From Phoronis australis (Eukaryota > Animalia > Phoronida), in assembly GCA_002633005.1 (NCBI GenBank), contig NMRA01000114.1:212835-276834 (forward strand): a stretch of DNA of 64,000 nt. The letters run 5' to 3'. Shown here one piece after another: positions 38,341 through 50,708 of the stretch. The position numbers and the translations under genes are program-made. A model generated the notes under the pieces. That model saw nothing but the letters and a program-made list of their open reading frames with translations. It was not told the origin of the DNA and ran no database searches. How positions within the stretch are numbered: the stretch's first letter is position 1; each line of letters begins with the position of its first letter.

Positions 38341-40020
38341 GCCTACAAAGACCCCACTCGTGGTCATAAACCTAGCACACTAGGCACCTCTGATCTATTC
38401 TGGCTCCTGTCAAGTAACGTAGTAACAAAGGCTGGCCCCTCGGCAACCGTTAAGCGCACAGTTTGGTCCTCTCTTCACAACAATTGTCTTTTGACGATCC
38501 GGCGCTGGCTAACGGCAACATCGCACAATCTCACTCTCTGCCTATACTGCGCTGGTGTTAGTTTGTAGTACAAGCTATAGCTCATGTAAACATTATACCT
38601 ATTTGCTGTACACATATTCCTAAAGGAAGTCAGCATCTGAAGGGCGTGTCACAGTCGGCTATGACAGAGAGTAATGCAAACAGTGTAGTCTGTTCCCAGC
38701 ACTTAAAATGTTGTGTCTTTATGGAAGCTACTTTAGGTAAGTTCAACAATCATGTTTTTGTCAAAGAATTATCCTAATTTGAGTAACACAAAACTATTAT
38801 TACACAAGTCATCTTAACCACAAATCAGGCAATAAAACAATTCTGTGGTCATGACCTACATTCAGGTTTTTACTAAAAATTATTTGAAACTAATGTCCTT
38901 TTTGGTGAAAAATAACATTCACAGAAAGAACAGTTTTCCATTTCTAAGATAGTCCTTCAACACTGACAGTGCAAACAGCACACAGTCTAATTACACAAGT
39001 CGCTGCCATGTGGCACCACAATACAGTCCAACATTAAACAAAAAAGATCCCCCGTTACTCTCTCTGGAAAATCTAAATCGTCTGTATGAGGTACCCGTAA
39101 CTTTATAGCCACGATAATGCATATTCTGAGATAGTTAATATGCAACAATCCCAACCGTAAAGACATTGGACTTCCGGTACTCAAACAAAAGTTCATAGAT
39201 CTATTGTTTCTTGAGACACAAAGCCAGTCTTTTACTGTGTTTTCTGCCACTAAGGCATGACCACAGTGATACACAATGTCGAAAATAATAAAACACCGAC
39301 TGATTAAAATAATTCCATGAAAATATTGAATAAATAATAGAACCAAAGAGCATAACTTGTCAATAACATGACTTTTTAGTCCAAACAAGACTTGTGGGAA
39401 GCTTTAGAAAATGGAAACCTGTGGTCATATTTGGAATATGAGACTACAAGGCCACGCCCTTATTTGTGTGCATGTGAGCCACTGAACCAAACACAATGAC
39501 CAATACGCACAGTTAAGTCTTGCTCAGCAGGGGCAGGAGTACGGTGCATCAGAGTGAAATCAACACTCAACTTATGTAATATCAAACTATCCATGTCAAC
39601 CCTCAATCTTTGCCCGCACCTGATCGTCTGTTCACTATAAGGAAAACATAGTGCTGCCCACCAATCACTTTGGATTGCCTAACAAAAAGACATACCTTAC
39701 GCATGAAAACACCATAACTTACAATAATTTCTCTTGGCCTCATTCCCTTCCCATGTGATACACATAAACACGATTCATTTCACATTGCTCCAAGGCCTCT
39801 CAACGTGTCACAACTTGATTCGCAATACAAGACAAAACATTTCCTCCTATTTTTGCTTTAAATATATTGTTTTGTCAGCCATGTCATCAAAATAACTATA
39901 CAGCCTCCAATGGCCGACTTCCATCACCAACACCTGATGGATATTTCTGTAGTTGGCACGCAGTAATGACGATGACAGTAGTTACAAGTGACGGTGTTTT
40001 GCCTGCCCAATCCCAGAATG

Positions 40021-43000
40021 CTAAGTCCGACTTCCTGATGTCGCTTTCTCCCATTCAGCATTCCATTCGTCTTCTCGGCGTTTTTGGATTTTCTGAATGG
40101 CCGCCTCAATTTGGGGACGCTGAAAATAGAAACATTAAAATAAATTGATTACGAAAAGCACTGAGTACCTAGCACTGATTTCACATCCAATAGCACACTG
40201 CAGCCTATATTGATTATTTACTGTCAGGGCTCGACATAACGAGCTGCAGGTCGCATTTGCGACCTGAAATTTGCAAATGCGAGCTGAGATTTTTGTCAGC
40301 TCGTATCAAGTTGCAAAATGCTACCTGGAATTTTGGCTAGGTCGTAAAATGCAACCTGGCGATTTTAATAGCGTCGAGCCCTGACTGTATTTCCTCACAT
40401 ACGCGTAAAAGTGAGAGAACATTCACATAAACAAGACTTTCACAAGACACAAAATAATGCCTTGACCAGCCATCAGTAGATTTAAAACTACCCTTTTATT
40501 CCAAAAATCACTTCTCTGACCAGTTCTGTGACTCACCAAGTCCGAGCTAAAAATTTTTTTTTCAAAAACCATTGTTGCCCAATTTCGTCACTGACTGTGT
40601 CCAGAGGTTAAAGTTCACCAATACTTACTGCTGTAATATCTTTGACAGGAAAAAACTCTTTCTGTAAAAAGCAAAGATTCATAATAAATAAGGAGATCGC
40701 ATGTAAAAATCACCACTACTCCACAAAATCAATATTGGAACATGATTCTGATTGAGAAAAATACAAACTATGTTTCATCTACGCATTTTCTTGAAAGTTA
40801 CTTTCTAGACAGAAAACAAGAGCAATGCAGAGCGTTGAAATGGACCCATGACAGCACAGCAAACGGTTATTTTAGTATCATAAGAATAGTCAAATGATGG
40901 CACAGAATGCGTGCCCATCTAAATTCAGAACACTGCGCCATCACTGTAATATACAATTTCATAAAAATAAGCCAAGATGTGGAGACAAACGTGAAAAACA
41001 GTTGACACTAGGGGGCACAGCTAAAGTCTGATTGGTCAGAAATTCATTGTCATTTGTTGCCATCTCTATAGGAGCCCATCTGCCTTCAAAGGGTTAATGA
41101 GATACAACCGTAGATGCAAAAAAACAAAACTGCCCCTAGGGGGGGTCAGCATAATTGAAACCAGTCGATAATCAAAGTCAGCCTGGGTCTTCAAATCAGG
41201 AATGCATCAATAAATTTTCATGATCCTTTGAGCAATATGGCAGATTGAGAGGCAGATGTCAAAAACATGTGCAAAATTTTTAAATGACCACAAGGTGGTG
41301 CAGAAAACATCAAATCTGTCCGAAAATGGGAATATGTTGTCGTCTCCTAATAGAAACCTATTTGCCGAATTTCATGAAAATACATTAACGAACTCCGAAG
41401 ATCAAAAGTGTAATAAAAATTCTGCCACTAGGGGGCACACTGGTATTTGGATTAGTTCGACATTTGTTACGCTTTGCCATCAACTCCATACGAACAAATC
41501 GTTCAAACTTCACAAAATTTTTTCAAAGGGTTAGGGAGATTCGGCTGCAGATGCAAAAACACAAAATCACCACAAGGGGGCGACACAATTGTCTGACTCG
41601 TCCGAAAGTCAACGCCAGTCAAGGCCTTCTCATCAGGAACACATCTGAAAGTTTTCATAATGATCCTTTGAGCAGTATGGTAGATAGAGAAGTCAATGGG
41701 ACGCCCGAAAATGGACCCAAAAATAACAAAAATGGCCACGATGGGGGGTAAAAGCCATTGATGGAATGGCATTATCGCCTTCTTATCAAATACCTATTTG
41801 CCAAATTTCATGAAAATCAATCAAGGAACTCCGAAGATACAGAGGCAAACATAAAACACTAAAATTGTCAGTAGGGGGCACACCAGTATTCGGTTGATTC
41901 GAAACTCGTCGCCATCCATCATGAGCATCATAGGAACACGTGTGCCAAATCCCATTATGATCATGCAAGGGGTTTAAGAGATACAGCAATGGGCGCTGGA
42001 CGCTTGATGCTCAGACAGAGATGACAGCAATATGCACCCACATATAAGTGTGGGTGCATAAAAAGCAAACAAGCATTCAAAATTATCTGTTGAATTAATT
42101 AAATAAAAAGACCATTACCAAAGTAAGCTAAAAAGTAAATCGTTTCATCGTGTAAGCCAACACTCATCTGTCGGCAATAGTCGGATATAACGTGTCCACA
42201 TTTTGAGAATTGGTTTGATGCTCATTCTTCGCTGGAGAAAACTGGTTCTCAAAATACAGGCACATTGTATCCGACTGTAACCTATCAGTCTGCATAAGTC
42301 ACCATATTTCCTTCAAATGGTTCCAGACTATATGCTCATACATGTGAATAAATCTTGGATAAGTCATAGCTTTACAAGAAGGACCCAAAGTAGACAAGCT
42401 GATGAAGGTAGAGTTTATTGCTTGTATTCCAAGCATTCGTTTCACACTCCCAAACATTAATTCCTTTGATTTATCAAAGATCCAAAGGCAAATTCTTCAG
42501 TTTCTACAATTCACTAAATGTCCACTGTCTCATGTCTGTGAACAAACGTGCGAGGCAAAGCAATTACCCTTTTCTTCATCATCCACTCTTCAAAAAAGGC
42601 TGGTTGGTTGAATATATAGAACAAAGCAATGGGAAATGCCATGTAGAACGCCATCTGTTGAGGAGAAACAAAACATTAGACTTATTTGTTCCCAGACAAA
42701 AATACTATGACACTGAAAAACGCAGCAGAAAAACTTGGACACTCATGCAACTGGATTAAGAGCATCTCCAGCATGTGCGCCCCCTCATTTGGCGAAGTGA
42801 GCAAAAAGGTCTACCTCAGAGAAACAAACAAAAGTCCACTAAAAAGGCAAGAATTACCAAAATTCGGCGAACGCACAATTTACAGCTCTGGACATGCCTG
42901 ATTTTTTTTCTTTGGTAAAAGGTTCACATCCCCAAAAATTCAAGCCCCTCACAATTGAGGCTGGGTACGCGCATGTACCAGTTGTCCAGTAATAAGGTGG

Positions 43001-44863
43001 CCTGTTTCATGTTGTACCAGACATGCGCAGTCTGTTCAGGTGGGTCCACCTGGAAACATTTTATTCTTCAACATAAACTGTATTGTGAAAATTGAGCTGT
43101 GGAGCTAGAGATCTGACTCAAGGTGTTGCAGCAGTGTGCCCTACTACATGCTTAAAACGACGATAAAGAACATTGCATTCCTACATTGTTGTAATTCTTT
43201 CACTGCCATGCATGATGCAGGAATACTCCTACATAGTGCAGATTCCTACATGGTGTTGATCAACCTGGTCATGGTTCAGAATAGACAGCACCACTGTCTC
43301 AACTGGGCTCAAGTACTTATAGCAACGTAATTTCAGTGGTTTAATAAGTGTGCCAAAAAGCTTTGTATGGAGTAACTATGGAATCATAAAGCAAATCTTA
43401 CGCTAACACGATTTGCAAGCGGAAGAGAAAGCATATACTGTTCACCTCAGGGTATCCAGCGAATTCTTCGGCACATCAAAGGCTTGATGGCACCGTCAGA
43501 TTGAAGTGAGCAGGTAGATATTCTTGGCCGAATGAGTATTGATTGCGATAAATAAATGTGTTCGTAAACAACATGCTTCCTTAGCATACTTGTTTCAAAG
43601 TCAAAAAAGGAACAATAAGTATGGCAAGTGACCAACATGACTTTTTTAAATTGAAAAGTATGCATTAAAAGTTTTCATATTTTTAAAATCAATGCATTAT
43701 AAGGGAACATAGCAACTTTAGCAGCATGACTAAGCCACACACATTGATTTGAATATCGATTGGGACAAAATAGTCTGGCTAAAGCTCTTTTAGGCATTGT
43801 GGTAGTAAAACCCCAAATGTTAGAGTAGGAGCAGGGGCAGTTCCAGGATTTTGAGATGGGAGGGCCAGGGCAAAGTATTAGCCTGGATCTTGACCATCAA
43901 ACACTCGCACCCCTGTGTTGCCAAATGGAATCTGGGAGAATTTTAGGGGGCCCCCTTGCCTCCCCCCCCCCCCTCTTTAAATCCACCACTGAGGAGTAAG
44001 CCCGGTGGACGGCCATCATCTCTATTTGGGACCAGTCACTGAGACGATGGTACTGTCTAGGTTCATGTATTTTATAATGGCACTGGTTGGATACAGCAGT
44101 TCCTGAGAACCAGGCAACCACTGAATAACGGGCTCGTTATTCAATGGACGAAACTGGTTCACAAAATCAGGGACCCAGGCTATAATATAGTCCGGATACC
44201 TATCGTCGTCAGGCTCCAAAGGTCGTCCGCCATCTTCTTTCGCGTGCAGCACAGCCACGCGGGACTGAGCGTTCCAATTTGGAGTGCTCGTCTGCACGTT
44301 AGGTACTAACCTCTCGGGAGAAACACGCATGGAAGAACTGAGACTAAAATTAATGCATTTACCGACTGTTTTTTTGAGGCCACTCCAAAACTTGTAGATT
44401 TTACTAATGCACTTTTTTGTTCATTTTCAGAAGATATTTTCGAAATTAAATTTTCTTCAGACGGAACAAAAACCTACCCAGATATTGTTTATGCAATGTA
44501 TCTATTTGTCCCAGGCACCAACCGNATCATCTCTATTTGGGACCAGTCACTGAGACGATGGTACTGTCTAGGTTCATGTATTTTATAATGGCACTGGTTG
44601 GATACAGCAGTTCCTGAGAACCAGGCAACCACTGAATAACGGGCTCGTTATTCAGTGGACGAAACTGGTTCACAAAATCAGGGACCCAGGGTATAATATA
44701 GCTACATCCGACCAGTGGCAGTGGCAGTGCCTTCCGTCAGTTTTGGTACTGCATGCGTATCGCTGCGCTTTGTTAAACAATGAGCTACATCAAGAAAAAA
44801 ACCGACTCTGGTTTCCATAACCTGTACCTTTGACGACTCAAGCTTCCATCTCCAATGTCCCAT
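40021..44863 (-). CDS. PET100: PET100 cytochrome c oxidase assembly chaperone, 84 aa
   Basis: Phase-0 GT-AG exons 44863-44828, 42654-42568, 40661-40629 and 40119-40021 give MGHWRWKLESSKMAFYMAFPIALFYIFNQPAFFEEWMMKKRKEFFPVKDITARPQIEAAIQKIQKRREDEWNAEWEKATSGSRT, matching the PET100 pattern W.LE..KM..YM.FP....FNQP..FE.W. Absent from the ORF track. Confidence 0.92.
40225..40383. mobile_element. hAT-like MITE family C (CAGGGCTCGAC...GTCGAGCCCTG)
   Basis: Perfect 11-bp TIR and perfect 5-bp TSD ACTGT. Confidence 0.85.
40815..42062 (-). mobile_element. Helentron-associated non-autonomous element (HINE-like) with internal diverged tandem repeats
   Basis: Terminal hairpin TATGCACCCAC...GTGGGTGCATA next to an A/T run at 42030-42064; AACAAGAG plus a short palindrome at the other end; internal units of about 130-165 bp containing AAATTTCATGA. 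Confidence 0.65.
43832..43991. mobile_element. MITE family A copy
   Basis: CAGGGGC...ATCCACCACTG; perfect TSD AGGAG. Confidence 0.8.
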
Positions 44864-45183
44864 TGTCGAGTAAATTAGGCACACGAAAAATTAATCTTTA
44901 CTTTCCATTCATAAGACGTGCCGAAAACAACCTCCTTTCCTCATAAAGTAGGTCATGTCGTACCTACACACCAAAATAATAAAATTGTCATGGAAGAATT
45001 CATTATTTTTAGATGAATTTGGTTATGAAATGTACTGCAATTAACACGTAACAGGGTTTGCGAGAATCATTGATTTTACAAATGTACAAATCGTATCAAC
45101 TACCCTAAAACGTTTATGTAACTTCTATTTTAGTTGTTTGAAACGGCACGCTATGATGTAAACTGCTTTGGCACATTTGGAAT
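44864..45183. promoter_or_regulatory. Bidirectional promoter PET100/ISCA1
   Basis: Divergent start codons only 320 bp apart. Confidence 0.75.
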
Positions 45184-48100
45184 ATGTCTGCGAGAAAGGT
45201 TATGACAGCGGCAGTCAGGGCCGTTGGAAACAAACGATTAATTCCTTCAAGAGCTGCAATAACACTTGTAAGTACTAATTGGGTATTTGTGATTGATTCC
45301 ATGGTTTCTATCCTCTGGCGTGGATGAGATCAAAACACTAACAGGGTTAGTGACTAACCCTGTTCCGTTGTATAATAAATACCTTTTGTAAATTTGTGCA
45401 CAGGCAGTCAGACTCAAAGGGACATTCACGGTCTAGTGGAGTAGTGCGCATAGAGGGACGCCTTTATCCTTTAGATTAGGAGGCCGTCGATGTCTTTCCA
45501 ACTCGATCAAATACTCCAGTAATCAATTCAATTAGTCCTTCGTACAGTTGCCCAAATCGGGAACTGGCCATTTTAAACTCTGCACCGTCACTTCTGACCT
45601 TCAGACGTTCAGTTCTGGAGCTAGCTAGAGATGGTGTTTACAGTCTGTGTGCTGAACAGGCTTAAATTCTTTGTGATCTGTATTTCCGTGTCAGTTCAAG
45701 AATTTATGGGTGGGATGCCCACTGCTAAGTCTGGTTGGATTTCTATGTTTGACTGGTGGTCCCCGGCTTAGTGGCTAGAGCGTCTGCACGGTTAGCAGAA
45801 TGTCCTGGATAATCCTGAGTCCCGGTCAGGGGTAGAAAGCTTTTCATAACTATGTACATTAGGTCATGGGATATGGCCAATGGAATGCTTGCAGACCAAA
45901 CTTAAAATTTTGTGATGTAGTACTAGTAATCGCTGCCATCACCCATCTTGCCGGGGTCGACCACTGGTCCTTGTTGGCATTGTTTTATCGATATGTCATA
46001 TGCATTTGCTGACTAGGCCTACTTGCTGAGATTACCCGACCCGGGAATCGAACCGGCAACCCCGATAAAATCGGCAAGCGTGCTAACTATTCAGTTAATG
46101 GGCACTTGCCTGTTAGCAAGCTCTTAATTATTTATGATTACACTTTAAGCACATCTACAACATCAATTTACTACTGCTGTTAAGTTTCAAGTGGCAAGTG
46201 TGAAGTTTCATCTGACATATTAAACTGCTGTAACTTAGTTGAACATTCTCATGTGCAAATTAGTCACTTTATAACTGTTTTATTTCGATTGTACAACCGT
46301 CATACAACCATTGTACAACAGTTGTACAACCGTCGTACAACCAAAAGATGAACTGACATGCAACTGGTATTCACTGTGTCAAGGACAACTGCAATTGTAA
46401 CTCCACTACTTTGTTGAGCCCTTGCACAAGTGTATTTTAGTTACTTGATCTATTGAATATATTGAGGAGTCCATCCTTTTCAGTACAAAAAGGTAAAAGA
46501 GTTTGGGTCTATTTCCTGTTTAATAAAACTTGACTTAAATATTGAGGTGATCGTTGGTTATTTGCTGAATTGAAAAAATGCCTCAGAATGTACTTGTTGA
46601 CACCATGACTCTATGTAGACTAAGGAGGAATGTTTGCTTTGTATGATTGCTTGCTTTATAAGTTCAGTGTGAAGGCTCCCATTATTACTCGCACATTCTG
46701 TTCAATTCTTATGATGAAAATACAAAGTGGAATTAAAATCTGATTTGATTGGAACATAAATTTTAGGGAATCTCTATCACCGTGTGCCGTGGAAGAGCTA
46801 CATCACCATAGATTAGTCTATGACATCACAGACTAGCTGTTGTCTATGATATGGCTATAGGTACATGTATGCCTACATATGTGTACAGCACTGTGCATTA
46901 CAGATGCATACTATTGCCTTGTAATGGTGGCTGTCTTAAAGCCAGGACATTCTGGATTGTATTTGAGCTTATTCAATGACGTTAGCCAAGCAGCGTCATA
47001 TTTAAGCAACTACATATCTACAAACCAGAGACTTGACAATTTATCTGCCAAATTAAAAATTGCGCTATGAGACTTAAAGGTCAAAAGCAAACAAATTACA
47101 ACTTTTGTGCAACTGCATAAACTCTCCAATATCAAATTTCAATTGCTCAACAATTGAAAATTTTGCCAAGACTAAATTTTACCACTATATACATGCGCGC
47201 ACCCAGGGGGGGCTCAAGGGGCTCGAATGAGACCCCCCCCCCCCATTTNGTGCGCCCGTTTTTTTTTTAGTCCGCCCGTTTATTGTTATCAAAAGGTCCA
47301 CGTCAGGAATTCGAGCCCAACCATATTGGAGGCTGGGTGCACGCATGATACAGTTGGAAATTATTTGAATATCTTATTTCAACTGCTATTCAGCTAGACA
47401 TGAAAATTTCAACTATTGGTACTTTAACTGATCGATGATTTAAGCAAGCAGCCAGTTTTCACTCAGTGGAAAGCTTCCTCAGCTGTTAAAGTCATTTCAA
47501 CTTAACAGTTATCCTACACCTATAGGATATTTGTAGTACCACTGTAAAATACGCAATTGACAATCAAGATTTGTGTTTTGGTTTGGATAGGAATGGTAAT
47601 GATATTAAGAATTCTATGCAAATTTTTGCAAAGTGGTTGCAATACCCCCTCCCATCCCCTCCCCCCCCCACCCCCCGCCCGAGCAGCTTGCGCATATAAT
47701 TATTTTTTATTTTATATTATATTGCGCGATGCTTTGCTGTGTTTGCTACTTTAAACCTAGGTTTATATTTAGCATAGCCCCTGCTAGCCTTACTCGCAGT
47801 ATATTTTTATCTGTTCCAGACACCAGCTGCTGTAGCTAGAGTGAGAGAACTGCTTCGTGATTGTAACGAGGAAAATGTGAGTGCATATTAAACACCAGGC
47901 ACAGCCCAAGAAACAAGAATCCAATTTCCAGCCCAATACTGCATTTACTTTCAATGTATTCCTTCTGTTAAGATGGACTCTGTTCTTTATCCGTGACGTG
48001 TGACGGTCCGTGACGTGTCGTAAGTGTCACACCACCACTGTGTTTAGTTTTGATTGACAACAATACACCGACTCTTGTCTTGTCTTTCAAATTTTGCTTA

Positions 48101-49042
48101 AGCTTCATTTTGATTGGCTGCTCTTGATTCACTTGACTTGTTCTACTGGTTCAATCAATTAATACACTTGATTGCTTCCTGAAGACAACTTCCAGCTTAC
48201 TGGCCAATCAAAAATGTAGGAGCCAATTGACCTGGCAAAACCAGGGAAGTTATCCAAGTGCAGCCATATTTGAACAGCTTCACCTAGTGCTTGAAATGAT
48301 CCAGACAGATCAGTACCCGAGGGATTGGTTCAATATATTTTAATCTTTCAATAGGTGGCTCTGAAGGTTGGTGTTCGTACCAGGGGTTGCAATGGTTTGT
48401 CTTACACACTGGAATATGTGACAGAAAAGGCCAAGTTTGATGAGGAAGTAATACAAGATGGTCTGTATTATTCACTTGCTAGCACCCATTAATAAGTTGA
48501 TGGTATCTTTCAGAATGCCTGGCTTGTGATTGTACTTACAATGGAGTTCATTCAGAAATTTTGTTGTTAACATATCCCCCTTTCAAACTAAAGAACACTT
48601 ACAGTTATGCAGACTTACCGGTATTCCTTTTGGATCACCTTAAAGATTTTAAACCAGTAATCTTGTTTGTAAGTCAATAAACAATGCTGTTATTGTCATT
48701 TGAAATCTGAATACATTTTTGGGACACCCTGTATTAATCGCACATAGGTGTTTCCTGGGTGAATTATTCTGAATATACAGGGTGGGGTTGTTGTTTAGTC
48801 AAGTCTTGGCGTTAACCTGGACAGCTTTACATTATGATAGTGTCAAATTTCTTTGTATAATTGTTTGTTTATTTCTGCGTGTTCTTGTTGCAGGCGTGAA
48901 AATTATAATAGACTCTAAGGCCCAATTGACATTATTGGGCACGGAAATGGATTATGTGTCAAACAAACTAACAAGTGAATTTGTGTTCAACAACCCAAAT
49001 ATAAAAGGACTGTGTGGTTGCGGCGAAAGTTTTAATATATAG
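45184..49042 (+). CDS. ISCA1: Iron-sulfur cluster assembly 1 homolog, mitochondrial
   Basis: Exons 45184-45267 (MSARKVMTAAVRAVGNKRLIPSRAAITL), 47820-47876 (TPAAVARVRELL...), 48355-48460 (KVGVRTRGCNGLSYTLEY) and 48894-49042 (AQLTLLGTEMDY...CGCGESFNI); all GT-AG and phase-consistent. Confidence 0.95.
45757..45835 (+). mobile_element. tRNA-derived SINE head or tRNA pseudogene
   Basis: A-box-like GGCTTAGTGG and a TCTGC/GCAGA anticodon-like stem; B box disrupted. Confidence 0.45.
46032..46105 (-). mobile_element. tRNA-derived SINE head
   Basis: B box GGTTCGATTCCCGG on the minus strand with a degenerate A box; no complete cloverleaf. Confidence 0.45.
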
Positions 49043-49475
49043 CGTCCACTCAAGGTCAAAGACACAGTACGCACAAGTGATTCAGAAACTCCAGAGCACC
49101 TGAAAACTGTTGGTATCCGTTTGAGTTGCGTTGTGGAGACTGCCATGTGTTACCGTGGAAATTACATGTAATTAAGTTTAAGGTGCTATGCCGTCATTGC
49201 TCTATGAGTATATGCAAGTGTAACAGATTGTAAACAAAGTCCGTCGAATCTACTTCAGAAAGACTAGTGGTCCTGGTTCGAGTTACTACAATGAAGAAAA
49301 TTAAGATATAAGAAATGTTTGTACATAGATATTACTTATTTGTATTAGTGACGTCACTGGGTCATTGGAAATGAGATGGTGTTTGTTACAATCAAAAAGA
49401 TTTAATCTCTACTTGCGTTTATTTAAGAAATGAATTTATATGCTGCTTGGAAGGAATTTCTTCATGTTAGTGAAG

Positions 49476-49546
49476 ATCAGTAATATAACTTAATGTAGTT
49501 TAAAGTGCAGTCTGCACTTAAAACTACATTAAGTTAAATTACTGAT
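49476..49546. repeat. Near-perfect 71-bp palindrome
   Basis: 35-bp arms with 2 mismatches and a 1-nt centre at 49511. Confidence 0.9.
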
Positions 49547-50708
49547 TAAAGTGTTTAGTATAGAGTGCTGATTGTTGGGCTTTTATTGAAACTCTTTTAA
49601 ACGTGCACGTTATGAGAAAACATCCAGGGCAGGTCAGGTTAAAAGTCACCCCAGAAAACTGTCCAAGTTTGGCTAACTTCCGAACATTGTACCTCAGAAA
49701 TAGCTGATTAGATTCAAATGAACTTTCAGATTATACGATTTATGACTGGTCTCCAAAACGCTGGTTAGGAAGTTTTTTTGAACTGTTTCAATTTCGCATC
49801 AAGTGCTGTCTGAAAGTGGGGTCTTCATAAAATGAAAAAACACAAAAGTTGCATAAAACCTAAATCAAAAGATACCTTAGTAAATTGTGACGTTTTTGAT
49901 ATGTATCTTGCACGTGTTCATCAAAAGAAATGTGGTCGGCCTCCTGCTATGAACACACCGTTATTTTTGGTAAAAAAATTACTAAGAAGACATCGTCACA
50001 TAACTCAAGCAATGACAGATTGTTACTGAGTTCTTGATTAAACTCTACATGCGTTCTGCTGTTGGATAATATAATTATCCCATCACAGGGAGCTCAATTC
50101 TTAGTTTTGCAGATAATTGGTTCAAGGCAGCCATGTTGTTAAGCTTCCCTCACACTTAAAGCTGCTATAACTTGATGTTCTATCGAAGAAACTAACAACA
50201 GATTTAGAGCAATAGTACTGCTATAAACTCGGCTCGTAGTTTGTTTCTTATTCAGATTAAGTGATTCATGGGTTTGCAAAGAACTTACAGTTTGGTATAT
50301 CTCATGATGACACGGTGACAAGTCAACTTGGAGTGTCTGATCTCGAGCATCGAACTGGCAGTTCTTTCACAGCCCTGAAATCGTCTAGATTATTTTGCAA
50401 TAAGGAAACATTTGATGCCAGTTTGATAATGCTGAGATGTCTGAAGCAAAAAAAAATTTTTTTTTGATGGAAGGCAGTGGAAGGCAGGTTTATGGCTAAG
50501 CTGCTTTAACTGTGGTCATTTAGCCAAGTATAATGGAAGGCGGGCATTATTTGAAGAGGGACATTACTAGTACCGTTTCTGAAGGCATTCTTGGTTAATT
50601 CGACTTATTTTACTTACAGAATTTTGAACCATTTTAGTAGATTTTTATATACACAAAATAAACAATTCCTAGACCAGGACTGTGACTCAGTGGGCAAGTT
50701 TCTAAAAT

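Noticed and set aside
38987-39388. 133-aa ORF and similar short ORFs (26640-27062, 28626-29036, 9331-9714)
   Set aside because: No recognisable motifs or splice-consistent structure; some are intronic or antisense to BBOX exons.
44022-44330. 102-aa ORF as a host gene
   Set aside because: Intronic, partly duplicated at a gap and without a recognisable domain; probably a transposon fragment of uncertain family.
45757-46105. Functional tRNA genes
   Set aside because: A and B boxes and stems are incomplete; more consistent with SINE heads. tRNAscan-SE would settle it.
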